64,000 bases of DNA from Sedimentisphaerales bacterium. GTDB taxonomy: Bacteria; Planctomycetota; Phycisphaerae; Sedimentisphaerales; SM23-30. The stretch covers positions 96,001 through 160,000 of the forward strand of contig CAXXFK010000032.1 of the NCBI GenBank assembly GCA_963663965.2. Reading direction: 5' to 3'. The notes beneath the pieces are model-generated. The model saw only the letters and a program-made list of their open reading frames with translations, was not told where the DNA came from and did not search any database. Every line of letters starts with the position of its first letter. Positions within the stretch are counted from its first letter, which is position 1. Made by a program: the position numbers and the translations under genes. Below, piece after piece: positions 1 through 8,095 of this stretch.

Positions 1-1626
1 CTCTTCAACCATAATATTGCGTTTCTTACAATAATCATGACAATAGCAGTAATAGCGAGCCGCCTGAATCTGGATCTCATCACTCTTCTTCCGGCCCCTG
101 GCGTTATTATAAGCCGCATTCAGGAAATTGGCGTACTGAATCACATTCTTGTCCAGATCGTTCGCTATTTTAGTTACGGCCAGTTCTTTTAATTGGGTTT
201 CCAGATCAATTTTGTCCCCAGGCTTTACTGAGGCGTTTTCGTCAGGACTGGTCTTGCCATCGGCTGTGATCATATAACCGCTGCTGCCGTATTTTATCGT
301 AAAGGGAACAATCCTATCGAGAAGTTCCGGCTTGCTGTCCTTTTCATAGGTTCCCTTTTTGTAAAAAGAATAGGATAATTCGATCACGCCCATATCTTTA
401 GAATCCACTTTAAACTGGGTGATATCTCCTGTCACTTGAAAATCACAGGCGCTTAAATCGGCATTTTCTGAACCATCCAGAATAACGAACTGCCTCATGT
501 TGTTACTGGTAATTCTCCCTATCACATGTTTCGTAAGATACCGGCCTAAGCCGGATTGGTCATCATTATTTACTGTCTTGAAAACATCAATACCCAGTTT
601 TTCAGGGATTTGACTCTCGATCGTACCGACTGCAGCAAAATAAGCTTGCTCCATCTTTTGATCATTGAATCCCTTATTTTTGGGGACCAATCCGTCGTTT
701 TCATCGTTCATAATAAGACGAGCCCGGGTCAGATCCAGATAAGTGCGTGCGATATCACCTTTACTGACTGATTCCCCCGCCCGCTCCAGATAATGATTGA
801 TCGCTTTTGTACGATCAAATTCACTACGATCAATCGCCTTTTTCCTGATCATTTCAAATACGGCAAAATACTCCTTTTTTTCCATATGATCATTAAATTG
901 AGTATCGAATTCTTCTACGCTATCTTCAATTGCTTTTTTCAAATCCTCAACACAACTCTTACCATCAATCTGCACATCCTTAATTTGATTTATTTCTTCC
1001 ATCAGTTTTTCTAAATTTTCTCGATCTGTATCAGCTTTGAATTTATTGATCTGTTCTTGATAATAGTCTTTCACTGCTTCACACCAACCCTTAATGTTTT
1101 CAGGCTTTTCCGATGGCTTCTGCCAACCGAGTTTTTTGTCAAGAATATTATGGGCTTCCTTCCACTTATGGGTTGCCATTGCTACTTCATACTCAGCTTC
1201 ATAGCTATGATACTCCTCTTCTTTTTGTCCTTTTTTACCTTTGAATGCTTGAATTTTATTTTGCAGTTTTATTGTATCGCCATACTTGTTTTGGCATTCT
1301 TCAAGGGTTGCCAATGCCGTCTCATACTCTGATAATGTTGTGGGAGTTTCCATTCCCTGGATGACCAAATCAGCAATACAGTCAGTGGCATAATCGCGAT
1401 TTTTCTGCTTTTGCATATACTCCGTATCATGAACCGACCAGCCAGACGCTTTCATGTCCTCCATACAATTACATAATTTATTGTAATTGCTTATCCAGTC
1501 TTCCAGAGAAGCATTGTCGGCCTTCGTAATAACATCGATATTCTTGCAACTGGTCGGTAAAGATTTGCATCCCGCCACGATAGCCAGTAAGCAGGTTATA
1601 ACCATGAGTCTGAGAGTCATTACCAT
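1..1626 (-). CDS. TPR-like lipoprotein, partial (runs off the left edge, absent from the ORF track); paralog of 17512..19347
   Basis: ATG at 1626 with AAGGAG 9 nt upstream; N-terminus MVMTLRLMVITCLLAIVAGC has a lipobox; frame open in the segments I translated; C-terminal IQIQAARYYCYCHD resembles IQYAALGYYYCLHD of the 17512 protein. Confidence 0.8.
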   Translation of the reverse strand, partial: MVMTLRLMVITCLLAIVAGCKSLPTSCKNIDVITKADNASLEDWISNYNKLCNCMEDMKASGWSVHDTEYMQKQKNRDYATDCIADLVIQGMETPTTLSEYETALATLEECQNKYGDTIKLQNKIQAFKGKKGQKEEEYHSYEAEYEVAMATHKWKEAHNILDKKLGWQKPSEKPENIKGWCEAVKDYYQEQINKFKADTDRENLEKLMEEINQIKDVQIDGKSCVEDLKKAIEDSVEEFDTQFNDHMEKKEYFAVFEMIRKKAIDRSEFDRTKAINHYLERAGESVSKGDIARTYLDLTRARLIMNDENDGLVPKNKGFNDQKMEQAYFAAVGTIESQIPEKLGIDVFKTVNNDDQSGLGRYLTKHVIGRITSNNMRQFVILDGSENADLSACDFQVTGDITQFKVDSKDMGVIELSYSFYKKGTYEKDSKPELLDRIVPFTIKYGSSGYMITADGKTSPDENASVKPGDKIDLETQLKELAVTKIANDLDKNVIQYANFLNAAYNNARGRKKSDEIQIQAARYYCYCHDYCKKRNIMVEE

Positions 1627-1643
1627 ATTATTATACTCCTTAA

Positions 1644-4577
1644 TTAAAAATTAGTTGTCTCGCGAACCAGATCATACAACGCCGTAAATGGCACCCGCAT
1701 CATAACCCGAAATCCCGTATACGGATATTTGCTGCCGGCAGATACCTCGTTTTTCAGAATGTTAATCATTTTCCCCCGGTCATCCGCATAGCTCCCTCCC
1801 GCTTGTATCGCCATAACACTAGCCGCAGAGCCATTCAGGTCACTACTTCCCGGGCTATCGCTTTCTACCCATTCGGCCACATTGCCCATCATATGAAAAA
1901 GCCCCCACGTATTGGCATAACGAAGTTCAGATGGATCGACCGGTTTCGGCCCAACCAGATCTTTCTGATTCGACCAGCAGTCACCCTGGACAACGATACC
2001 CGGCGCCTGGTTACATTGATAAGCATACTGCCATTGCCTCAGACTGGGTAAGCCGCACTCGCAACCATACCCGATCTGTTTCTCCAACCTGTGGCAGAAT
2101 TCCCGGGCTTCAAAGAATGTCATATTCACCACCGGGTACCTGTTATATGCGGACAGATTATCACCTGACAGCCAGGCCACTCCATCCCGGGGCATTATCC
2201 CCATAAGTAGCTCCCATTGTCTCCTGGTCACCTCAAAGCGGCTGATAAAAAACCATTCGCGCTCATCCGCGCTTCCGGTTCCTGTGGACCGGGCTATTTC
2301 CACCAGTTCCATATCCCCTATTTCGATAATGGAACGTAACCCATTATCCTCCCATATCCCCCGCTTGACCCTCAACGCGTCTGCATGACTGCCATCCAGT
2401 TTTAGCATCAAATGAGCCGCCTTAATTCGTTTTTGGGGATCGGTTTCACCCAGCAGAGGATGGATCTGCCTGATTAAACTTTCCTTGAGTTGATTAATTT
2501 TATCGACATAATAAGCTCCATCCTGGCTGAATTGTCCGACGAATTGTTGATAGTTGCCGATCAATTGGTTCAAACCATCCAGATCCTTCTGGTCTTTTAT
2601 CTGGCCTTCAACTTCTCCGATCCGTTGATTAAAATCGCTCATTCGCTGCTCATGATTCAAACGTTGCTCGGTTTGGGCAATAAGCTCCTGCAACGGCTCT
2701 CCTTCATAACGGGCCAGTCTGGGTATCGACTCTATGACCGCCGTATCCATTCCATCCAGTAACTGAATCGCCTGACGCAGCCGTACTTTCGCGCCCTCAC
2801 GATCATCATCCAGACAGGCGCGCGCCCGCTCATAGCCGGCATTCGTGATGGCTTCATCCGCCTCCAGCGCTTTCAATCCCGCCTCACAGCAGGCTCGCCG
2901 AAAATCCAGGTCTTTAATATACTGTATATGTTTTCCCAGCAGTGGCTCTGGTATTTCTTTGGTATATTTGGCGGCATGCACTTCCTTGACATCATCACAA
3001 ATTCTAATGAATGATTTGAGCGTATCAGACTCGCTGATATCATTTTTAGGCAGATTATCCAGTTCCTGCTTCCATAAGGCCGCGCTCTTCTTGAACATAC
3101 TGTCAGATAAAGTTGCGATCACACAGTTCAAATATTTATAGTTCGGATATTTGCCAAGAAATTCATAAACATTGTTTATCACTATCTCCAGTCGATCTAC
3201 TTTACCGCCATCGGTTGTAATGTTTTCCAGATTATTACTGATATCTTTAAATACACTATCCGCATGGATATTCTCTTCTATGACATTCAATAATGAAATG
3301 ACCTGAGGGCGCTTGGTATAATTTGGACATTGCTCCAGGATAAAATTCAAACTGGCTTTTGCCTGATCATAGGCATCCCGGTAATAATCTTCCCGCCCCT
3401 GACGATAAAGCCCGTCCGCACGCCATTCCTGATAAGAACGAGTCAACTCCGCCCGGTTAAAAAATAATCCCGCCAGCATAATCCCCAGGATAAACGTACC
3501 GATCGTCCGCAATACCTTATGCGAGGGTTTGGCAACCGGGGTAAAGTCATCCGAATCATGCGTATCCCAGCTGTCCGATGAGGTTTCGGACATCAATGGC
3601 TTAGGCTCCTCCACTGGCGCTTTTTTATTATCCGCCTCCTGAGCCGGCGGTTCCGGCGTGCTCTGCATGCGCTTATAAGCCTCTAACAGCAAATCCACCA
3701 GTTCCCGCGCCGAACCCGGACGCTCCAGCGGCTTTTTCGCCAGCGCGTAGCGCAGCGCCCCGTTGATCTCTTCATTGTAACCATCAATCGGATCCGGCTG
3801 TTTATTCTTGATTTGCTCGCGCAAATCGCCCCGGTAAAACGGCGGATGCCCCGCCAGACACTCATACATCAACGCCCCGAAGGAATAGATATCCATCAGC
3901 GAGGTCGGCTGCTCGCCCAGCAGTTGTTCCGGGCTCATATACGGCAGCGTCCCCGTCGCCTGCTCCTTGCCCGTTACCCGCGTATAGGTGTCTTTCAACT
4001 CCCGCGCGATCCCGAAGTCCAGAATCTTGATCTGATATCGATCTCCGTACACCATGACATTGGATGGCTTCAGGTCGCGATGCAGAACATGACAGCTATG
4101 GGCGTAATCCAGCCCGATGGCGATCTGGCGGCCCAGGTAGATCGTATCGCTCAACCCGAGTTTACCCCTGGTCTTCTTCGCCAGGATCTGTTCCAGGGTT
4201 CGTCCCGGAATATACTCCATCACGATAAAATACTGAAACCCATCGGTATGCATATCGTATAACCGCACAATATAAGGATGGGTCAGTTGCCGCGTGGTCT
4301 GGGCCTCCTGCTTCAAACTCTTGATCGCCCTGGGGTTACTGGCCAGCGTCGGCGGAATAAATTTGATCGCCACCTGCGCCCCTTCCAGCATATCATCCGT
4401 GGCCAGATAGACCATCCCCATTCCCCCTTCACCCAGCTTGCGCAAGATCCGGAACCGGTCTGCCAGCAGTTTGCAGGCATCACCACCCTCCGTCTTCACC
4501 GTGGGCAATCGGTCCAGCGTATGATAAACATCATCCAGATCCTTCTTTAACAGATTTTTATTCGGGAATTCTACCAT
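1644..4577 (-). CDS. Hanks-type Ser/Thr kinase with TM helix, TPR-like helical region and C-terminal FGE-sulfatase-like domain
   Basis: LGEGGMGMVY, VAIK, HRDLKPSN, DFG and YMSPEQ motifs; TM segment IGTFILGIMLAGLFF; FEVTRRQW, WGLFHMMGNVAEWV, GGSY and GFRV; start moved to ATG 4577 after the upstream stop. Confidence 0.92.
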   Translation of the reverse strand: MVEFPNKNLLKKDLDDVYHTLDRLPTVKTEGGDACKLLADRFRILRKLGEGGMGMVYLATDDMLEGAQVAIKFIPPTLASNPRAIKSLKQEAQTTRQLTHPYIVRLYDMHTDGFQYFIVMEYIPGRTLEQILAKKTRGKLGLSDTIYLGRQIAIGLDYAHSCHVLHRDLKPSNVMVYGDRYQIKILDFGIARELKDTYTRVTGKEQATGTLPYMSPEQLLGEQPTSLMDIYSFGALMYECLAGHPPFYRGDLREQIKNKQPDPIDGYNEEINGALRYALAKKPLERPGSARELVDLLLEAYKRMQSTPEPPAQEADNKKAPVEEPKPLMSETSSDSWDTHDSDDFTPVAKPSHKVLRTIGTFILGIMLAGLFFNRAELTRSYQEWRADGLYRQGREDYYRDAYDQAKASLNFILEQCPNYTKRPQVISLLNVIEENIHADSVFKDISNNLENITTDGGKVDRLEIVINNVYEFLGKYPNYKYLNCVIATLSDSMFKKSAALWKQELDNLPKNDISESDTLKSFIRICDDVKEVHAAKYTKEIPEPLLGKHIQYIKDLDFRRACCEAGLKALEADEAITNAGYERARACLDDDREGAKVRLRQAIQLLDGMDTAVIESIPRLARYEGEPLQELIAQTEQRLNHEQRMSDFNQRIGEVEGQIKDQKDLDGLNQLIGNYQQFVGQFSQDGAYYVDKINQLKESLIRQIHPLLGETDPQKRIKAAHLMLKLDGSHADALRVKRGIWEDNGLRSIIEIGDMELVEIARSTGTGSADEREWFFISRFEVTRRQWELLMGIMPRDGVAWLSGDNLSAYNRYPVVNMTFFEAREFCHRLEKQIGYGCECGLPSLRQWQYAYQCNQAPGIVVQGDCWSNQKDLVGPKPVDPSELRYANTWGLFHMMGNVAEWVESDSPGSSDLNGSAASVMAIQAGGSYADDRGKMINILKNEVSAGSKYPYTGFRVMMRVPFTALYDLVRETTNF

Positions 4578-4590
4578 GACACACCTGCTA

Positions 4591-5190
4591 TTATCCGTTG
4601 GTTTCCTTCTTAAGTTTCGTTTCGATTTCACGCAGCATCAAGTCAATATGATTCTCGGTCGCGCTGGCCTGACCTTCCGCCTCCCGCCCAATCAATTCAT
4701 CGATCTGTTCGATCCCCGGCAGACCATCATCATCCGGTTCATAATCCAGCGTACTGCCGCTGACCCGGTCCAGCACCATATTCATGGTCCGGTCCATCTG
4801 CCGGGCGTTGGCCATCGCCAGATTCAACTCTCCGATCGTCTTGGTCAGATCGATGTTCTTGAACACCGACGCGATCGATTTGGTCGCCGCCTGCAATCCC
4901 TTGGCAAACTCGCCATAACTCTCGATCCGCTCCTTCGTCTGCACCATCGCTTCAAACGTCAGCAGCGCGCTCTCCAGCCGCCGCCGCTCGGCCATTGTCT
5001 GCAATAGCAGCTTCGCCAGCTTCTGATAATTCTCCGGATCCCCGATCTGGCGTGCCCGCACTGCTTTTTCGCAGTAGCCCCGCTCATGCTTCTTCAACTC
5101 CTTGATACGGCGCCGGTGCAAATCCAGCACATTCTGGATCGCCAGATCCCGTTCCAACTGCTTCTGCTGCTTGCTCTTAAATAATCCCAT
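4591..5190 (-). CDS. Snf7/ESCRT-III family protein (Vps2/Vps24/CdvB-like)
   Basis: 199 aa, all helical; amphipathic start MGLFK; basic N-half and acidic C-half; pattern G-x8-AKxLxxT...S-x4-A-x6-TK...MD-x4-MxxD follows recalled CHMP2/Vps2; C-terminal MIM1-like helix IDLMLREIETKLKK; adjacent to a Vps4-like gene. Confidence 0.8.
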   Translation of the reverse strand: MGLFKSKQQKQLERDLAIQNVLDLHRRRIKELKKHERGYCEKAVRARQIGDPENYQKLAKLLLQTMAERRRLESALLTFEAMVQTKERIESYGEFAKGLQAATKSIASVFKNIDLTKTIGELNLAMANARQMDRTMNMVLDRVSGSTLDYEPDDDGLPGIEQIDELIGREAEGQASATENHIDLMLREIETKLKKETNG

Positions 5191-5242
5191 TAAATAAACT
5201 CCTGTATCAAGTTTGCCTGGTTGTCATTTTGCCGGTTATCCA

Positions 5243-6406
5243 CTAAGACACCCCGTTCCCCCACCTCTCAAACCGTTCCAGATCCTCACCTCCCGTTCCC
5301 GGCCGGATCCGCTCCAGCGCCGCCTCCAGATCTGCCACCCGGATCGCTTCCACCTTCAGTTCATAACTCTCCAGCGCCACCCGGCCCGACTCCGCCACCC
5401 GCGCCAGATCCGGGTTCGCCCGCGAGATCATCCGCCGGATCAGTTCTTTCCCAATCTGCTCCAGCTCCCGGCCGCTATAACCCTCCGTCCGGGCAGCCCA
5501 CTCAGCCAGATCGCCCTCAACCTGATACCCCCGCCGGGTCAGCAGCAACTCCAGAATCGTCTCCCGCGCCGCTCCATCCGGCAGATTCACATACGATAGC
5601 TTGCCAAACCGCGACAGCACCGCCGAATCGATCAGCCACGGCTTATTCGTCGCCGCGATCACCAGCACCAGCCGGCCATCCGACTTGCTCTCGAAGCCAT
5701 CCATACTGGTCAGCAATTCCGCCAGCACCCGCCGTTCAGCGCCATCGGCCCGCCCATCCCGGTCCGGCACCAGCGACTCAAAATCATCCAGAAAGATCAC
5801 CGATGGATGCATCCGCGCCGCCAGTTCAAACACCGCGTTAATCAGCTTGCCCGACTCGCCAAAATACTTGCTCAGCAGATCGCTCACCTTACACGAAAAA
5901 AACGTCGCCTCCAGCCCTTTCGAAATCGCCGCCGCCACCAGCGTCTTGCCCGTTCCCGGCGGGCCGTACAGCAGCAGGTTGGCATGCCGCGGCAGCCCCA
6001 CCCCCTCCGGCCGCTTCGCCAGCGCCAGTGCGAACGTCTCCTTGATAAACTGCTTGATCTCATCCAGACCCGCGATATCTTCCCAGCCAACCTTCGCCTT
6101 GCGGATCAACTGCCGCGCGTTCTCAAAATAACCCGCCTCCTCCGGCCCCACCGCCGCTTCCACATCTCTATCCGCCCCATCCGCCTCAGTATCCTCAGCC
6201 GAGCCTCCCGCGCGCAACTGCTCCGCCAGCTTCTTCAGCTTCTCCGCGTCCGCCAGCCGCCTGGCCCGCACCGATTCGCTCACCGCGCTCCTGGCATACC
6301 GGGCCATCAACTCACCCGCCCGCGCATACCGCACCGCCGCCGCCTCACCCTGACCCGCCGCCTCCAGCGCACGCGCCTCCACCAACACCCCGTTCCAACT
6401 GCTCAC
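5243..6406 (-). CDS. Vps4/CdvC-like AAA+ ATPase with N-terminal MIT domain
   Basis: MIT-like N-terminus (ARALEAAGQGEAAAVRYARAGELM); VGWEDIAGL, LLYGPPGTGKT, SDLLSKYFGES, AATNKPW, TEGYSG; C-terminal EDLERFERW helix as in Vps4; single AAA domain, no TM. Confidence 0.88.
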   Translation of the reverse strand: MSSWNGVLVEARALEAAGQGEAAAVRYARAGELMARYARSAVSESVRARRLADAEKLKKLAEQLRAGGSAEDTEADGADRDVEAAVGPEEAGYFENARQLIRKAKVGWEDIAGLDEIKQFIKETFALALAKRPEGVGLPRHANLLLYGPPGTGKTLVAAAISKGLEATFFSCKVSDLLSKYFGESGKLINAVFELAARMHPSVIFLDDFESLVPDRDGRADGAERRVLAELLTSMDGFESKSDGRLVLVIAATNKPWLIDSAVLSRFGKLSYVNLPDGAARETILELLLTRRGYQVEGDLAEWAARTEGYSGRELEQIGKELIRRMISRANPDLARVAESGRVALESYELKVEAIRVADLEAALERIRPGTGGEDLERFERWGNGVS

Positions 6407-6511
6407 CGGTTACACCACTCAAATCTACCATAAAATTCTAATTTCCTTGTTCTAAAAGTCAGGCTTTTCCAAAGTACTATCCAAATTCCATCCATCTCCC
6501 ATCGCATTACT

Positions 6512-7149
6512 GAGGTCCAAAGGACCGCCAGTTCCTAGCCGGGGGCGTCAGCCCCCGGAAAACGAGCTCCCCCCACACAACAAGCCCCGGAGGGGCGACA
6601 GAATTAATCAAAAATATAACGCTTATCATATTCCACTCCATGTTTATCCAGCAACTGGATCAACTCCGTTTCATAACTCATCACCTCATGATGCGCCTGC
6701 TGGCCGTTGACATAATCGACAACCTTCTGCAAACCGGAATACGAAACCGTAAACGACGAATACCCTGTTTGCCAGGCAAAAAACGAACAGCCGCCATCAG
6801 TCTCTTTATACCATTTCGAGGAATTGGCTTTCACATCTCTGACAAAATCAGCCAGACACTCTGCCGGCTTCAGTTTCGCCACCAGATGAATATGGTCCGG
6901 CATACCATTGGCAGTAACCAAAACCTGACCTCGATTCCTGACAATCCCGCCAAGATAATCACACAAGCGCGGAATCGTTTCAATATTAATCAATCGCCTC
7001 CTCTCTTTGGTCGAAAAGACAATATGATAATATAACTGAGTAAAAGACACTAATAATATCCTTTCGCCCTTTCAGGGCTTTGTTTTATTCTACTATCCTG
7101 TCCCGGGGCCTCACGGCCCCGGCTAAAAACTCGCGGCCCGTCGGGCCTC
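6512..7149 (-). mobile_element. IS200/IS605-family (REP-associated type) element: tnpA flanked by ~90-bp imperfect inverted repeats built of hairpins
   Basis: Arms 6512..6601 and 7061..7149 are imperfect reverse complements, e.g. aagccccggaggggcgacag versus the reverse complement of ctttcgccctttcagggctt. Confidence 0.8.
6604..7050 (-). CDS. tnpA: Y1 (HUH) transposase, IS200/IS605 family
   Basis: YHIVFSTKER, HUH motif DHIH, LADFVRDVKANSS, FAWQTGY, catalytic YVNGQ. Confidence 0.92.
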   Translation of the reverse strand: MSFTQLYYHIVFSTKERRRLINIETIPRLCDYLGGIVRNRGQVLVTANGMPDHIHLVAKLKPAECLADFVRDVKANSSKWYKETDGGCSFFAWQTGYSSFTVSYSGLQKVVDYVNGQQAHHEVMSYETELIQLLDKHGVEYDKRYIFD

Positions 7150-7230
7150 TCCAATGGACGATGTTATTTTCATGTCAATTGACAGATCACATCTTCATTT
7201 CAACAATCATTTTTTTCTTAAAATCACAAT

Positions 7231-7344
7231 TCCCAAAGAACTATCCAAATTCCATCCACCCCCCATCGCACCACCGAAGCCCGAAGGTCGAAGATCCGCC
7301 TCAGGAGGAACCGCCAGTTCCTAGCCGGGGGCGTCAGGCGTCAG
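7231..7344. repeat. Variant REP-like palindromic repeat (copy 2)
   Basis: ccaaagaactatccaaattccatcc...gaagcccgaaggtcgaagatccgcctcaggaggaaccgccagttcctagccgggggcgtcaggcgtcaga, nearly identical to 7830..7944. Confidence 0.85.
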
Positions 7345-7418
7345 AGTCTTTATTGTATTTTTCAATCACACATTTCCAAAGAACTATCCAAACTCCATTC
7401 ATCCCCCATCGCACTCCT

Positions 7419-7632
7419 GAGGTCCAAAGGACCGCCAGTTCCTAGCCGGGGGCGTCAGCCCCCGGAAAAAGACTCCCCCCACACAACAAGCCCCGGAGGG
7501 GCGACAGAATATTTATTCATTTCTTTCAATCTCAAACAAAACGCTTTCGCCCTTTCAGGGCTTTGTTTTATTCTACTATCCTGGTCCGGAGCCTCACGGC
7601 CCCGGCTAAAAACTCACGGCCCTTCGGGCCTC
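7419..7632. mobile_element. Non-autonomous (empty) copy of the tnpA element, REPIN/MITE-like
   Basis: Both arms of 6512..7149 are present almost unchanged, separated by 36 nt (7508..7543) instead of tnpA. Confidence 0.85.
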
Positions 7633-7829
7633 TCTAATGGCTAGGTTATTTTTAGCGCTATTGACGCTTATCATGCACATTAAACACAAATCAAGAACAC
7701 CTCTTATAACTATCCATTCCATCCTTCTTCTAAAATAACAAATCGCCAAAACACTTCAAATAACCAAATCTCCTCATCATCATTTCATATACAGAAATGA
7801 TGAAACTTCTTTTTCTTATAATCTCATAT

Positions 7830-7944
7830 TTCCAAAGAACTATCCAAATTCCATCCATCCCCCATCGCACACCTGAAGCCCGAAGGTCGAAGATCCGCCT
7901 CAGGAGGAACCGCCAGTTCCTAGCCGGGGGCGTCAGGCGTCAGA
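7830..7944. repeat. Variant REP-like palindromic repeat (copy 4)
   Basis: Near-identical to 7231..7344; followed by hairpin ggcccgaagggcc. Confidence 0.85.
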
Positions 7945-8095
7945 ATAAAAGCACGCTCCCATCTCAAGGCCCGAAGGGCCGAAAGATTTTCCCTTTCGCC
8001 CTCCACCCAAATATCCCTATTATCAAAAAAACTTCTATTCAATTTTTCATACTCCAGGGGACCTACCCCCTAGCCCCCCAAAAAGAGTAACCAAA

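Noticed and set aside
4591..5190. Ordinary PspA/Vipp1
   Set aside because: Lacks the PspA-type EDP motif after the first helix and has no psp context; the pattern fits Vps2-type ESCRT-III better (still needs HMM confirmation).
5243..6406. FtsH, Cdc48 or proteasomal ATPase
   Set aside because: Single AAA domain, no TM or protease domain, no second ring or OB domain; the MIT-like start, TNxPW and C-terminal helix point to the Vps4 group.
5213..6433. Plus-strand ORFs overlapping Vps4, and similar antisense ORFs such as 18358..19317, 19531..20322 and 28684..29664
   Set aside because: Shadow frames of well-supported genes on the opposite strand, with no recognisable motifs.
6467..7944. CRISPR array
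   Set aside because: The repeats are long, irregularly spaced and partly inverted, flank a transposase, and no cas genes are present.
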